From Lama glama (Eukaryota): a stretch of DNA of 64,000 bases. Of this stretch, positions 11,188-23,559 are shown piece by piece (within the stretch, counting starts at the first letter, position 1; every line of letters begins with the position of its first letter). Below the pieces are notes generated by a model, which was not told the DNA's origin, did no database searches, and saw nothing but the letters and a program-made list of their open reading frames with translations. Position numbers and translations under genes: made by a program. The stretch is taken from contig CM052817.1 of the NCBI GenBank assembly GCA_028534125.1, positions 107,386,001 through 107,450,000 of the forward strand, written 5' to 3'.

Positions 11188-12872
11188 AAGACGTGAGGGA
11201 TACTGCAGCTTGAAACTTAAGTTTAGTTCTCATTAACATGATTTTACTGTAAAAGAATATGTGAGAGCAGCGAACAGGCAAAATGAATATACAAATGTTA
11301 GGCAAGACTTAGAATATGAATCAACTGTTAACATGTGATCCAGGCAGCCCACCCAAGGAGACAGCTATGGGGTTCTTAGGGTTTGGTGTATGTGAATGCA
11401 CTGTTACCGAACTCCTATGATCACTGCAGCTGACTGCTTTTTCACACTCAAGGGGAGAGAGTTAAGTTCTTTGTCCTCTGTGCTTCCATGACTTTCCTAT
11501 TACAGAAGTTAATCATGTGATGTGTAACTACTTGCTAACATGCATATCTCTGACACTGGATTTTGGTACACAGTAAGGTGTTCAGGAAGTATTTGTTGAG
11601 TGAATTCTTTCACCAGCAGAGAGACCTCCCTTGTTAACAGTCACCACCTGAATAATCAGTAATTACTACTGTGTTACCACCAACACCCACACCGTTTTTT
11701 GAGCATCTTCTAAGTATCAGGGGCAACCCCTCACATCAACTCCATGAGGTTGGTGTCAGTATCACCATATGAGGAGATGAAGCTTCAATGGAGGCAAATT
11801 ATCTGCCAGGAAATTTTCTAATAAGTGTGGAAATTAGGATTCAATTTCGATCTATTTGCCCCTAAAGCCATGTACTCTGGCATAAAATAGAAATGATGTT
11901 TATCGTATAAAGAGTTGCAGTAATACAAGGTAACTTGAGGATTACAGTATATCATCCTGCAGTTTCACTCTTGCTGCCTGGATCCCTGTATCTGACATGG
12001 CTTCTGCCCAGTTCAAGTCGCCTCCATGAGTTGTTTCTCGGGTTTTGTGAGCTATGCCATTTTCTCCCAATAAACTCTGCTTTGCTTAATTCAGTCAGAG
12101 TGTTTTATGTTGTGTGCAACCAAGGGAATTTTATAAGCATTCTCTCTGAGGAACTATGGAAAGCAAAAACAGTGTCCTCTGTTGGATTTAAAATACAAGT
12201 CAGATGATAGACTGGTGGTCGCTGACATGCCACTTTCTAAATTATTGAGAATTAATTACCTTGGCATGGAGGTCATTCTAATCCTGGCTATAAGATCGCA
12301 TTCAATTAAAGAAAATGTTTGTAAAGCATGTAATCAATGGTGCGATGAGACACACTGTTTGAATGAAAGATTTTTCAAAGTTTACCCTTCTGTCCATGTA
12401 CCCTTGCCCCAGTCATGCCCTGATGCTCTGGGCAGTTTTCATTGAGGAGGGCTTCTCTCTTCCTTCTTCCTTGCAGAGCAGTTATTTATCTATAATTATT
12501 TTATGCTGTCTGTATACACTCCTCTTTCATCTGGTCTCATTCATGCCACGTGTACAAACGACTAGCTCATCAGGCAAACATCTGTATTGGGAGTGGCTGC
12601 AGAGTGGAGGGGGCGAACGAGGCTGAGTGGGTTCCCACCGCACTCCTGTTCTCTGCCATCCAAACACATCTCCTTTGACGCCAGGAAACTACGGAAAACT
12701 AAAGTCACCCTAGGCAACGTCAGCCATTTAAGAGTTAATCGTTGTTTAGGTGAATTAGTCCGTAGGAAATACTAGCAGATCGGATGCATTGGGTGTGGCG
12801 ATATTAGCACAATACACGTGGAGACAGAAAAGATTAACATCGAAGTGAAGAACAAGAAAAATGTCTGCTTAC

Positions 12873-12944
12873 ATGTGAGAGAGATTCACGAGAGGTCTGA
12901 ACATCCTATGTTGGATATTGGAAATTTCAATTCCTTCCAGGCTG
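12873..12944 (-). CDS. RXFP1: RXFP1 exon 14 (LRR), 72 nt
   Basis: SLEGIEISNIQHRMFRPLVNLSH(I); tttag / gtaagc. Confidence 0.96.
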
Positions 12945-13425
12945 CTAAAAATATCAAATTGATTATCAAAAAAACGTGTTGTGCAGGGTATAATAAAATG
13001 AGTTTTTGTGAAGGAAGATTTAATAAAGTGCTGTTAGTTAACACTCCGAACGAAACATTCGTACTCAATCTTCCCGAGGCACTTCCCCACCTCCTTTTTC
13101 ATTCTGTTATTTATGCACATACATGTCCCCTGTTTGGGATTTTTGCTTCTCATAGATCGTGGCGCAGTAATACTCAATAAGTACTTGATTTTTTTTTTAA
13201 CAAGTATACTCAGTTACAGTGCTCAATAAGTATTTGTGAAATAAATGAGCGAGAGTTATCTTCTAGACAATGTTACAATAGCAGAGGCATTTTACATTCT
13301 TGAAATGTTTCTAATAAGTTTTAAAAAATAAATTTTTTCCTAATAAAATGCCATTTTACTGAGGGAACATTTAAAAGAACTGAAGCTTATCTTCATAAGG
13401 CAGTTCTTAGATCCTAACAGAATTT

Positions 13426-13448
13426 GTGTGTGTGTGTGTGTGTGTGTG
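13426..13448. repeat. (TG)n microsatellite
   Basis: About 11 TG units. Confidence 0.9.
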
Positions 13449-13857
13449 GTGTAGGTGCTGCAAGTAATGATTTCTATAATCTAGAATGTTGCCCCTTGGG
13501 ATAACAATGGCTATAATACATTCTTAGATATCCAGTGCTAATGAAGGAGTGAAACGCATGCATGCCTGTAGAAGATCAAAGCGAACCATCCAACATAAGC
13601 TCCTGGTGATTATAGAGAATATAAAATAATCATTATCTAATTTTTGCTTATAAATACAGAAGATTAAACTAACAGCTATTTGTTTGTTTATAGCCCAGCA
13701 AGCACTCATCTTAAGTTTTTGTGGAGCTTAAGTAATATCCTGGGAATAAAGCTTCTGATTTGAGAGGATCCATAAATCTTATTTTACAGAATTTATTAGT
13801 TATCAATATATAAATAAAAATTCCATCATAAAACTATCCCCATAGGTTTATACTTAC

Positions 13858-13929
13858 AGAGACTTGAGTTTGACAAGATAATCAAATTGGTTTGCTTGAA
13901 TTTTCTGGATTGGGTTATAGGAGAGATTC
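13858..13929 (-). CDS. RXFP1: RXFP1 exon 13 (LRR), 72 nt
   Basis: NLSYNPIQKIQANQFDYLVKLKS(L); aacag / gtaagt. Confidence 0.96.
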
Positions 13930-14689
13930 CTGTTTTTTAAAAAAGGCAGCAATAGGTCATTTCTAGAAACTACTTGAGTAAAGAGGAAGGGTATCTGTTG
14001 ACTTAGGGTTACCTTTAAACATTAACCAAAAAGGACCATACTGGCACTTGCCCCTATAGGGCTCACTGGACATTTAAATATAGTAATAGAGAAAGAACAC
14101 TTGGACAGTGCATGGCCCCTCTAAGTGCTCTGTGACTGTGTCAGTGAGAGAGAGAAAGAGAGCCAAGACCACGTGAGCATGAAGGTGAGACTGTCAGGAA
14201 ACAGCTCCCACCAGAGAGGCGGTAGGGTACCCAAAGGGAAGACATACCTACTTCTGGTTTTCTACCCTATAATCAGATGTGGTTTCAATTAAAAAATAAT
14301 CCCATTTTGTTGAAATTTATATTAATGAAATCACATTGAATACGTTTTACAATAAATCATGCGAAGAGTGGCATATTGTATTAGCCATTTGTGAGACACA
14401 ACATGAAAAGTAAAAAAGGCTGTAGTTGGGAACAAAGAGGTGTAGATGGAGTGACAGTACAGCTGAGTTTAAATGGAGAAAGTTTCAGAATCTTTGTAAA
14501 ACAACACCTTGAAACAAGGACTATTGATTAAAGGGGACTTCTCAAGGCAGGTTCACTTTTCAAGATTAGACCATTAGTTGGGAGGGAGGAGCTGCTGGAG
14601 GGTGGTGATTACAGACAGAAGGACAGAGAGGAGGAATGACAATGAAACATGAGTTGTGTGAAAGAAATGAAGGGGACCCAACCACCTGC

Positions 14690-16965
14690 GAATAAAAGGA
14701 AACTATCTTAGTATAACAAAGGTTGTATGTGAAAGTCCAAAGCCAACGTCACACTCAGTGGTAAAGGCAGAGAGCTTTTCCTCTAAAATCAGTAATAAGA
14801 CAAGGATGCTGACTTCTGCCATTTCTATTCAACATAGTACTAGAAGTCCTAGCCAGAGCAATTAGGCAAGAAATCAAAGGCATCCAAGTTGGAAAGGGAG
14901 GTGTAAAATAAGCTCTCTTCACAGATGACATGATTTTATGTGTATAAAACCCTAAAGATTTCACACACACACATACCCACAAAAACTGTTAGAACTAATA
15001 AACTCAGTAAAATTGCCAAATATGAAACCGACACACAATAATCAATAATCAAATGCAACAACAAGCAATAATCAAATGCATTTCTATACACTAACATGAG
15101 CAATCCAGAAAGAAAATTAAGAAAACAATAACATTTACAATAGCATTAAAAGAACAAAATACTTAGAAATAAACTGAATATAGGTGAAAGACTCGTACTT
15201 TGTAAACAAACTTGCTGAAAGAAATTAAAGAAGTAACCAATAAATGGAAGGACATTCTGTGTTTATGGATTGGAAGATTTAGTATTGTTAAGATACCAAC
15301 ACTACCTAAAGCAATCTACAGGTTCAGTGTAATTGCTGTCAAAATCCCAGTATTTTTTTTGCATAAATAGAAAAATACATCCTAAAATTCCTATGGCATC
15401 TCAAGGGAACCTGATAGCTAAAATAATCTTGAAAAAGAAGAACATAGTTAGAGATCTCACTTCCTGATTCAAAACTTACTACAAAGCTGCAGTAATGAAA
15501 ACAGTGTGGTACTGGCATAAAGACAGTTATAAAGAAAAATGGAACAGAATGTAGAGCCCAGGAACAAACTTTTGTATATATAATTTATAATTTGTTTATA
15601 TAATTTGTACAGATAATTTTTAACAACATGCCAAGAAAGTTCAATGGAGACAGGTCGATCTTTTCAAAAAATGATGCTGGGAAAACCCAATAGACATCTA
15701 CATGCAAAAAAAAAAAAACCCAAAAACAATGTGCTTACACCATGTACAAAACTTACTCAAAATGGATCAAAGGCCTAAATATAAAAGCTAAACTGTAAAA
15801 CTCTTAGAAGAAATCATAAGAGAAAAGTTTCATGACATTGAATTAGGCAGTGATTTCTTGCATATGATACCAAAAGTATAGGTAACAAAAGAAAAAAATA
15901 CAAAAATTGGACTACATCTAAGTCAAAAACTTTTGTGCATCAGGAAACACTATTAACAGAGTGAAAAGGCAGCCTACTTAATGGGAGAATGTATTTGTAA
16001 ATCGTATACCTGAAAATGATTTAGTATATAAAATATATACACTCCTACAACTTAACAACAAAAAATCAAACAACCCAATTTAAAAATGGGCAAAGACTTG
16101 AACAGACATTCTGCAAAGAAAATACACAAATGGCCAACAAGGACATGAAAAGATGCTCAATATCATTAATCATTAGAGAAATGCAAATCAAAATCACAAT
16201 GAAGTACCATTTCACATCAATTAGATTGGCTAGTATTAAAAAATAAACAAGTGTTGTTGAAAACATGGAGAAACTGGAATCCTTGTGCACTGACAGTGGG
16301 AATATAAAGTAGTGTAGCTACTATGGAAAAGAGTATTATGGTATTTCCTCAAAAAATTAAAAACAGAATTACCATATGATCTAGTAATTCTACTTCTGAG
16401 GCTATAAACCCAAAAGAATTGAAAACAAGTTCTTGAACAGATGTTTGCACCCCCATGTTCATAGCAGCATTACTCACAACAGCTGAAAGGTGGAAGCAAC
16501 CCAAATGTCCATCAATGGATGAATGGATAAATACAATGTGATATAGACACTCAATGTACTATTATTCAGAATAATAATATTCAGAATTTTTAACACATGC
16601 TAAAACATGGATGAAACTTGAAGACATTATGCTAAGTGAAATAAGCCAGTCACAAAAGAATAAATATTGTGTGATTCCACCTATATGAGGTGCTGAGAGA
16701 TGTCAGCTTCATAGAGACAAACCAGAGTGATGGGTGCTGGTGTGTGCAAGGGGGTGTTGATGGGGAGTTACTGTTTAATAGATATGGGGTTTCATTTTTG
16801 AAAGATGAAAATTCTAGAGATGGATGGTGGTGATGTTTGCACAACAATGTGAGTGAATTTAATGCCACTCAACTGTACAATTAAAAATGGTTAAAATGGT
16901 AAATAAATATACATATGCCCTGTACGTTTTATCACACTTTAAAAATAAAATATATTTAAAAATAA
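14690..16965 (+). mobile_element. Old L1 (L1MA/MB-like), 3' half of ORF2 plus 3' UTR
   Basis: Frameshifted ORF2 motifs (caaggatgc..ctattcaacatagtactagaagtcctagccagagcaattaggcaag; gatgacatg) and an L1M-type 3' UTR. Confidence 0.9.
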
Positions 16966-16993
16966 AGGTACAAAATTAATATATCAGTCTTAC

Positions 16994-17065
16994 AATTGTG
17001 AGAGCTCCTTCAGATCCTTAAACACATGTGGTGAAAGATTTTCAATCTTATTACTTCCTAAATCC
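16994..17065 (-). CDS. RXFP1: RXFP1 exon 12 (LRR), 72 nt
   Basis: DLGSNKIENLSPHVFKDLKELSQ(L); cctag / gtaaga. Confidence 0.95.
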
Positions 17066-17334
17066 CTAGGGAAATAATTGCAAACATGTCATATTATTTT
17101 CTTAAGACTTTATCCATAGTTCTGTAAATTATTAGAAAATGAGAATACAACTTTCAAACAATGCTATTAGTGAGTTATATTAATTAATAGAAGTCAAAAC
17201 TTTTAAAAAAGGGAGTGAAATGGTAAAAGATAAAAATGTTTTATCCCATATTATTACTCAGAGACAATACTTGATGGTATCTGATCTGGTTCTAATAGAT
17301 ACAATTTTCTAATTCCATTAATATACATGTTGTG

Positions 17335-17415
17335 CCTTCTTCCTTTCTCTTTTTCCTCTCCTTCCTTTCTCCCTCCCTCTCTCCCCTCCCCTCTTCCTTT
17401 CTTCCTTCCTTCCCT
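17335..17415. repeat. Polypyrimidine low-complexity tract
   Basis: About 80 nt of C/T only on the plus strand. Confidence 0.85.
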
Positions 17416-18745
17416 GTTAAAGTAGAAATGTGGTTTGGAGCCTTAATGTTTTCTTTTGCTTGGGTTTGTTATGATCTTCAGATGGAAGTGGATTATTTCA
17501 GGTGCCAGCTTCTCCCACAGCTGACATACACAGGGTCTCATACCCTTCTGGGGTGGGTATGTCACGTGTCACCTCCTGTATGTATAGGGATCAGGCTGCC
17601 TATCACAGTGTGACCTTGCAGCCTAGTTGTGACAAGATTTGACGGTAGCAGCTCTTGTGGTAGCTTTGACAGTGACAACTCTCATGAGAAATGCCTTGGA
17701 TTCTTCTAAACGAGATAATCTTTCAACAGGCTGGAGTTCTCCAGTGTGATCAAGAGATACTAAAAGAAAGCCTGCGCACTTGTCCTCTCCGTCTCCAAGT
17801 CCTGTTAGTTGCCACAGGGGGAGGTAGGAGATGAGACCTATTTGTTACATAGCTTGGAGTGCTTATAAATCAGAAACTGGATTATTCAACTTTGAAGGGC
17901 AGCATAGTTTTAGACTAAGTTTTTCAAAACTAAAAATAACTAGCTAATATAATCAATATTATAAATGTCTTTGCTGTTAATGTTTTGTTTTCATATTGTA
18001 AACATGTAGCTCTGTCCACACTCCATCCTCTTTTCAGAAAACACAAAATCAAACTAGTTGCTAACCCAAACTTTAGCAAAAATCAAATTGAAGAAATTAA
18101 TACTAAAAAATAAAAATTGTGTGAGGGATTTGCACTCCATCCATTGTCCTGCATATACTTTATTTGGACAATCAGCTGCTGTGAACTTGGACCACAAGGC
18201 TTTGGTGTATCAGAGAGTTGTTTTAATGTCCTTTGGAATTGTGTCATTGATCTTAAAAAAGGGACATTATAGATAGCTGTCTTAACTCATCTCTCTTTTC
18301 CACTATTACAGGTTGGAATGTTATCCATGGCAGGGTCTCATTTCCTCGCAAGATTATCCTTTGGATTCAGAATTAGCAAAGTGTTGTCTTTTTACCTGCT
18401 GGTCTCTGAATCATAACTTGCTAGGCAACTTAGAGATAACTCTGCTGTCCCTCTCTAGCAGTGGGTCAGAGTGGTGTAGGATGTATTTCATTTATGAATT
18501 TTCCATGACTTTATTCTTTCTCCACAGCTATGTTTCCTTTACCTTACTTTACTAAAATATTTATTTTATATTTTTCTTTTACACATATTTTTAAGCTATC
18601 AGAATTCCTTTGTGGCTCAAGGTGTATATACATAATGCTAGGAAAAGAAAAAGTAAATATTGCTTAAATGTATAAAAAATGTATAACAGGTATGAACTGA
18701 AATAATAGAAAGAAAATTCTTATCAATATGTGTAATCGAACTTAC

Positions 18746-18817
18746 AATTCATGTAGTTTCTGGAGAGGTGCAAGCGTGTTTTCATTTAGGTAATTAATTT
18801 TGTTCTTCGTCATTACC
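18746..18817 (-). CDS. RXFP1: RXFP1 exon 11 (LRR), 72 nt
   Basis: VMTKNKINYLNENTLAPLQKLHE(L); ttcag / gtaagt. Confidence 0.95.
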
Positions 18818-20690
18818 CTGAAAGTAAAAAGAAAAATCTGTTGTAGCTTCTGGGGGTAACAGATAAATGGGTCATTGGAGAGGAGATTAGCAGCCTGCAA
18901 AAGCAAAGATAATTATATATGGCGCATTTTCACATCAAGATCCTTTGAAGTAGTAGCATGATAAATTACCCAGTCTAATTTTAATCTTAAATTTCCCAGA
19001 TCTTTTAGTTATGATAAAAACAAAATATTTTTGGAATCTTTAAGTGAAGCAGGGAAGAACTCGGCAGAGGAAATAGGGAAGAACTTGGCTCTCGCAAATC
19101 CAGACTGTCACACAGCGAAGAGCACGGGGAGCTGTCTCGGTCGCCCCTGCCCTCTGCGGGGCACACCTCTCTAACAAAATGCTCCGCCGCCTCAACAGTA
19201 GCACGCATGCTCGTTTGGCGGTTGATGTGATTCAGGGTGGAGATGCCGGAGGAAGTCTAAGCTGGACCAGCTCAGAAGACCTCTCCTTTGGGATGTCAAG
19301 TCAGACTGTACCTCCTGACAGTTCATTGCTGCACTGATCCCATTTTATGAGCCAGCATAAAGGACTAACTCAGAAAAACTTTGAAAGGATTTCCAGTTTT
19401 TGCAACATCGTGGGACATGCCTGGAAGTTGGCCTCGTCCCATCCTGAAGTATTTATTTCCTCCCAGCACTCCAAGCCATCACCATTTTCTCCCAGTCTCC
19501 CTGGACCAGACAAGCTCAGGCACCTGCCAAGAGGAAACTCACAAATGACTGCTTCATACACAGGTTTCCTTGAAAACAAATACAAGTGCAACAGAAAAGA
19601 AGTGCTGCGGTTTCTAAATATCTGTTCGGTCTATGCCCTGTAAGTGCAATTCGGTTTTCTTTGGGTAATTACTATGAACCATTTTGCATGACTAAGGGAG
19701 AGAAGCCTGCATCTGAAGACTGCTTAACTCACCGCAGAAAAGTTCAAGCATTTCAGTGGTTTTGAGCCCGTTGGAATGGGCGAGGAGGGGGAGTAATTGG
19801 AGAAACATTATTGTTGTATTGCATTGCCTACACACAGGGGTTCTGTGCATTCTAGTACGATTTTCAAACTTTTCCCATGGTAACCTACAGTTAGAAAAAT
19901 GCATTTTACATTGAGACATAACATACACCCACACAACCCCAGAGTCATGAAACAATACATTTAATTATCTCAGTTGCACTCTGAGATTTTTATTCAATGC
20001 AATTTCATTTAAAAAATGTGGCTCAGGACATAGTATATTGTTTTTATCATCCACTTGTGAATTTCGACCCACAGTTTGAAAAATACTCTTCTGGAAGAAT
20101 AAACTGCAAAGGAGCAGTTGTATTTTTAAACTGAAGGAAGCCCCAGCATCCTTCACTTTCAGGAAGAGGCAACGTGAATTTAACATCAGCCAGAGAGGCA
20201 TAAGGAGAAATTAGACTTGGTGACATCCTAAGGTTTATCCTGGTGTCCACAGTTACATCCTCAGGGATGTGAATACTCCGCAATTTTTCAAAATTACAAT
20301 TAACTTCTCCCTAATCTTTGCAGTAATAATTCTTATAGTTTAGGACTTTAACTTAGTATTTCTCAAACTGAGATCCAAGGATAGATTCTAGGTGGCTTAT
20401 GAGAAATTCGTTCCATTAAGTTGGGAATTACTTAAGTTTGAGGAAAACAGGTCTCGTATGATACAGTGTCATTGTGATGATTGATTCCTATATGTTGTGA
20501 CTCTGTGGTTATGCCTGGTTTGAACTTCAATAATTTTGCCATTGTGCTTCAGTTTCAAAAAACTTCAAGCTGAGAGGGAACATTTGCTGTAATTACTTTG
20601 CATGTTTATGCTAGATTATACTCACACAAATGATTCATTTTGTTTGTAAAGAGATATAACATTGCTTCCAAAGGACAAAACATTACTTAC

Positions 20691-20762
20691 AAAACAGTTA
20701 AGTTACTGCAGGAAATAAAAGTCAAATTTCTTAAATTATGGATATGGTTGCCTTCAAAGTCC
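20691..20762 (-). CDS. RXFP1: RXFP1 exon 10 (LRR), 72 nt
   Basis: DFEGNHIHNLRNLTFISCSNLTV(L); ttcag / gtaagt. Confidence 0.96.
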
Positions 20763-23129
20763 CTGAAATAGAAAAACCAAAAATGAGAAAGCTAAGTTTT
20801 AATCATAGACAAATAAATTGTTTAAGAATTATTTGATTTCTGCTAAAATATCTTTTTTTCACATACTGTTTATTTCCTATAGATTCTCACATGGTGGCCA
20901 CTTACATAACACCTGAAATTGTATAATATAATGCCTCTTTTGTTCTGTGTTAATGTAAAAAGGTTTTAAAAAATCACATTAAAAACATTTGTTATGGTAA
21001 ATACCAGCTTTGTAAACAGACATCTGGTGGTGATCTGTATGAAACATCTGTCCAGAGTTAACCAATGGCGTTTTGCTAAGTGATGTGAATCTCTTTGCTA
21101 CAGAGGATGCTACTGCCCAGACGATATTTAACCTCCACCTCCTTTGCCCAAACGCTCCGTAGAGAAATATTCTCAATAGCCCTGGACCACTGAGAACCCC
21201 TCCAGTTGCTTTAGTACATGGCCGCCCCAGCCAGGGCAGACGCTGTCCTTGGTGCTGCACTCCCACTTCAGGGCGTGCGTGCAGACCCTCCTCCAGGCCC
21301 CTTGCTGTGTGATCGCAGGTCACCAACAGGAGTCTGGTCTGAGCAGCAAAATCTGCCAGAAAGTTTATGTGTGATCGTCTCTTCTGCATGGTTACCACAA
21401 ACGTGTTCCTCTATTGCCCATCTTTTATGGTATCGTTCGTTCACAGTGGAAGTTTGTAGAACAGGGTTAGCTGGGCTTAGGGATACACTTTCAGAAGTAG
21501 ATGCTGGTCTTCAGTCTACTCAGTCTGCCCCCACACTGAGCCTACTGGTCACCATCCAGCAGAGAGCCATTCAGGAACAACTGTGACTAAAGTACGGGAG
21601 CTGAAGGGTGACACGACTGCTCAAATCTGTAAGGGAAACTTGAGGAGCATTAACAGAAGTGCCTGTATTCTGCTGGCCAGGCTACATCTGGGATAGTCAG
21701 TTCTGTTTTGGCACTGCAGTAAAAATAGATGCTGACAAATCAAAGTCTGTCCGGATGTAAGGGTTCTAGAGATCAAGTCAATGGGATGTCAATGAAATAG
21801 GCATGTTTATAACAGAGAGGAGCAAGCCAGAGAGCTATATTTTAAGTCAGGGATGGGTTTTTCTCTGTTGCATCAGATTGCAAAATTAGATTAACTGGTT
21901 AAAGGACCCAAAACATTTCAAATTTACGCTCACAGTCAATGGGGTCCGGAGAGTGAGCTTCCCACCGCTAGAGTGACTTAGCAGGGGCATTTATCGTAAC
22001 TCAGACGTTTTGTAGACAGGATTTCTGTACCGTACGGAATATTGTATTAAAATGTTACACCTTGACTCTAGATCATCCTTCGAAAGAAAAACATCTATTA
22101 CTCTATTAAGTTGGACACCTACAGTACTACTTTTTTTGGTTGTTAGGTTTGGCCAAGGCATTTTGGTCTCCTATAAATGGTATGTTGTCAATGACAAGAG
22201 ACTTTCTTTCCCCAATTTTGTTGTTGCCACGAACCTGCCACCAGGTGGTGACGCTCGCCTAAGCCTCACAAAATAGCTTTAGGTGCACTGATATTCTTTT
22301 CTTGTTAACTACTTGTGAAACCTTTTTTTTTTTCCTGTTAAGGTAGCAAAAATATTTCAGTTGCTCTTAATTCACTAATTGGTAAAAATCACTAAGAAGC
22401 ACAGCTTGAGGCATAAATTAGGGACTTTTGATTAAACTGTCAAAATTTAATGCTGAGTTTATTTTCGCCTTTGTGAATTTGCTTCGGCTTTCTTCCTAAA
22501 ATTAGAGGTTTTGTCCCTGAGACGCAGGGGTCTGGCTTGCCGCACAGGGTTACCCGAGGCGTACGAATCCGCTGCTTGTTCCAGAGCTCCCAGCAATCTG
22601 GGACCTGAGAGCCTGTTTTGCTTACTTCGTGTCTGGCCCACTCTTCCAACTGGATGAGCCTCTGAACCTAACCATTTTATTTTCCCCTTTATACAAGGCA
22701 GAACTGGCTGAAAATGAAAAATGTGCTTGTATCTGAAAAACGATAACAAAAAACAAAAACACCAATAATCTCACCTGTTCCCTCTCCACTTCCTCTCTTA
22801 TCCCCTGGTGGCGCTCTAAACATGCAAACCTCCCCTATGTCTGCTTCCTCACCTGCCTTCTTTAGACATCTCTGGTTCCTACCTCATAGAGAAAATTGAG
22901 GTGATGAAGGATGGGAAAGCCTTTGCCCTTCTGCCCGACATCTGTAACTTACCTGTATGTGCGTCTGGTCTCCTAGTCTCAGAGGAAGTTATGAGCCACC
23001 TCCTGCTTTAGGCTAATCCTGCGTGTCATAAGTTTGGTTTGTGAACGTATGTATCTTAAAATATATGATCAATTTTGGTGAATGTCTTTGGGCATTCGTC
23101 ACTATCAGGTTTATATTTATTGGGATTTT

Positions 23130-23540
23130 TAGGTTCAGGTGCATACAACAGAGACCCAACTAAAACAGCATAGCTACACAAGAGCTTTTTTTTTTTTTCA
23201 ATTAAAAAAAACTAGGGTTAGGTAATTCAAGGCAAGTCTGGGAATTTTACAAAGTTGTTAGAAACCTAAAATCTTTCATATTCACTGTTCACATGTCCTT
23301 GTCTTCATGGTCCAAAATGATGCTAAAACTCAAGCCATCGCATCCATTTTTTTTCTGGATGAGGAAAGAGGGGGAGGGTCTGCCTGTTTTTTTTCAAGGA
23401 GATTTCCTGGAAGTTCCACACATACTTCTTCCCCCTCATTAGTTAGGGCTCAGTCACGAGGCTCCTCTCCATGCAGGGAGGCTGGGAATGCAGTATTTTA
23501 GCTGGGCTCATTTCCCCAAGTAAACCGGTTCTGTTGTTGG
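23130..23540 (-). mobile_element. MaLR (MLT1-like) LTR remnant
   Basis: tgcatacaacagagacccaact... and gcagggaggctgggaatgcagt motifs; assignment from memory. Confidence 0.45.
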
Positions 23541-23559
23541 GAAGGGACATCGCAGTTTG

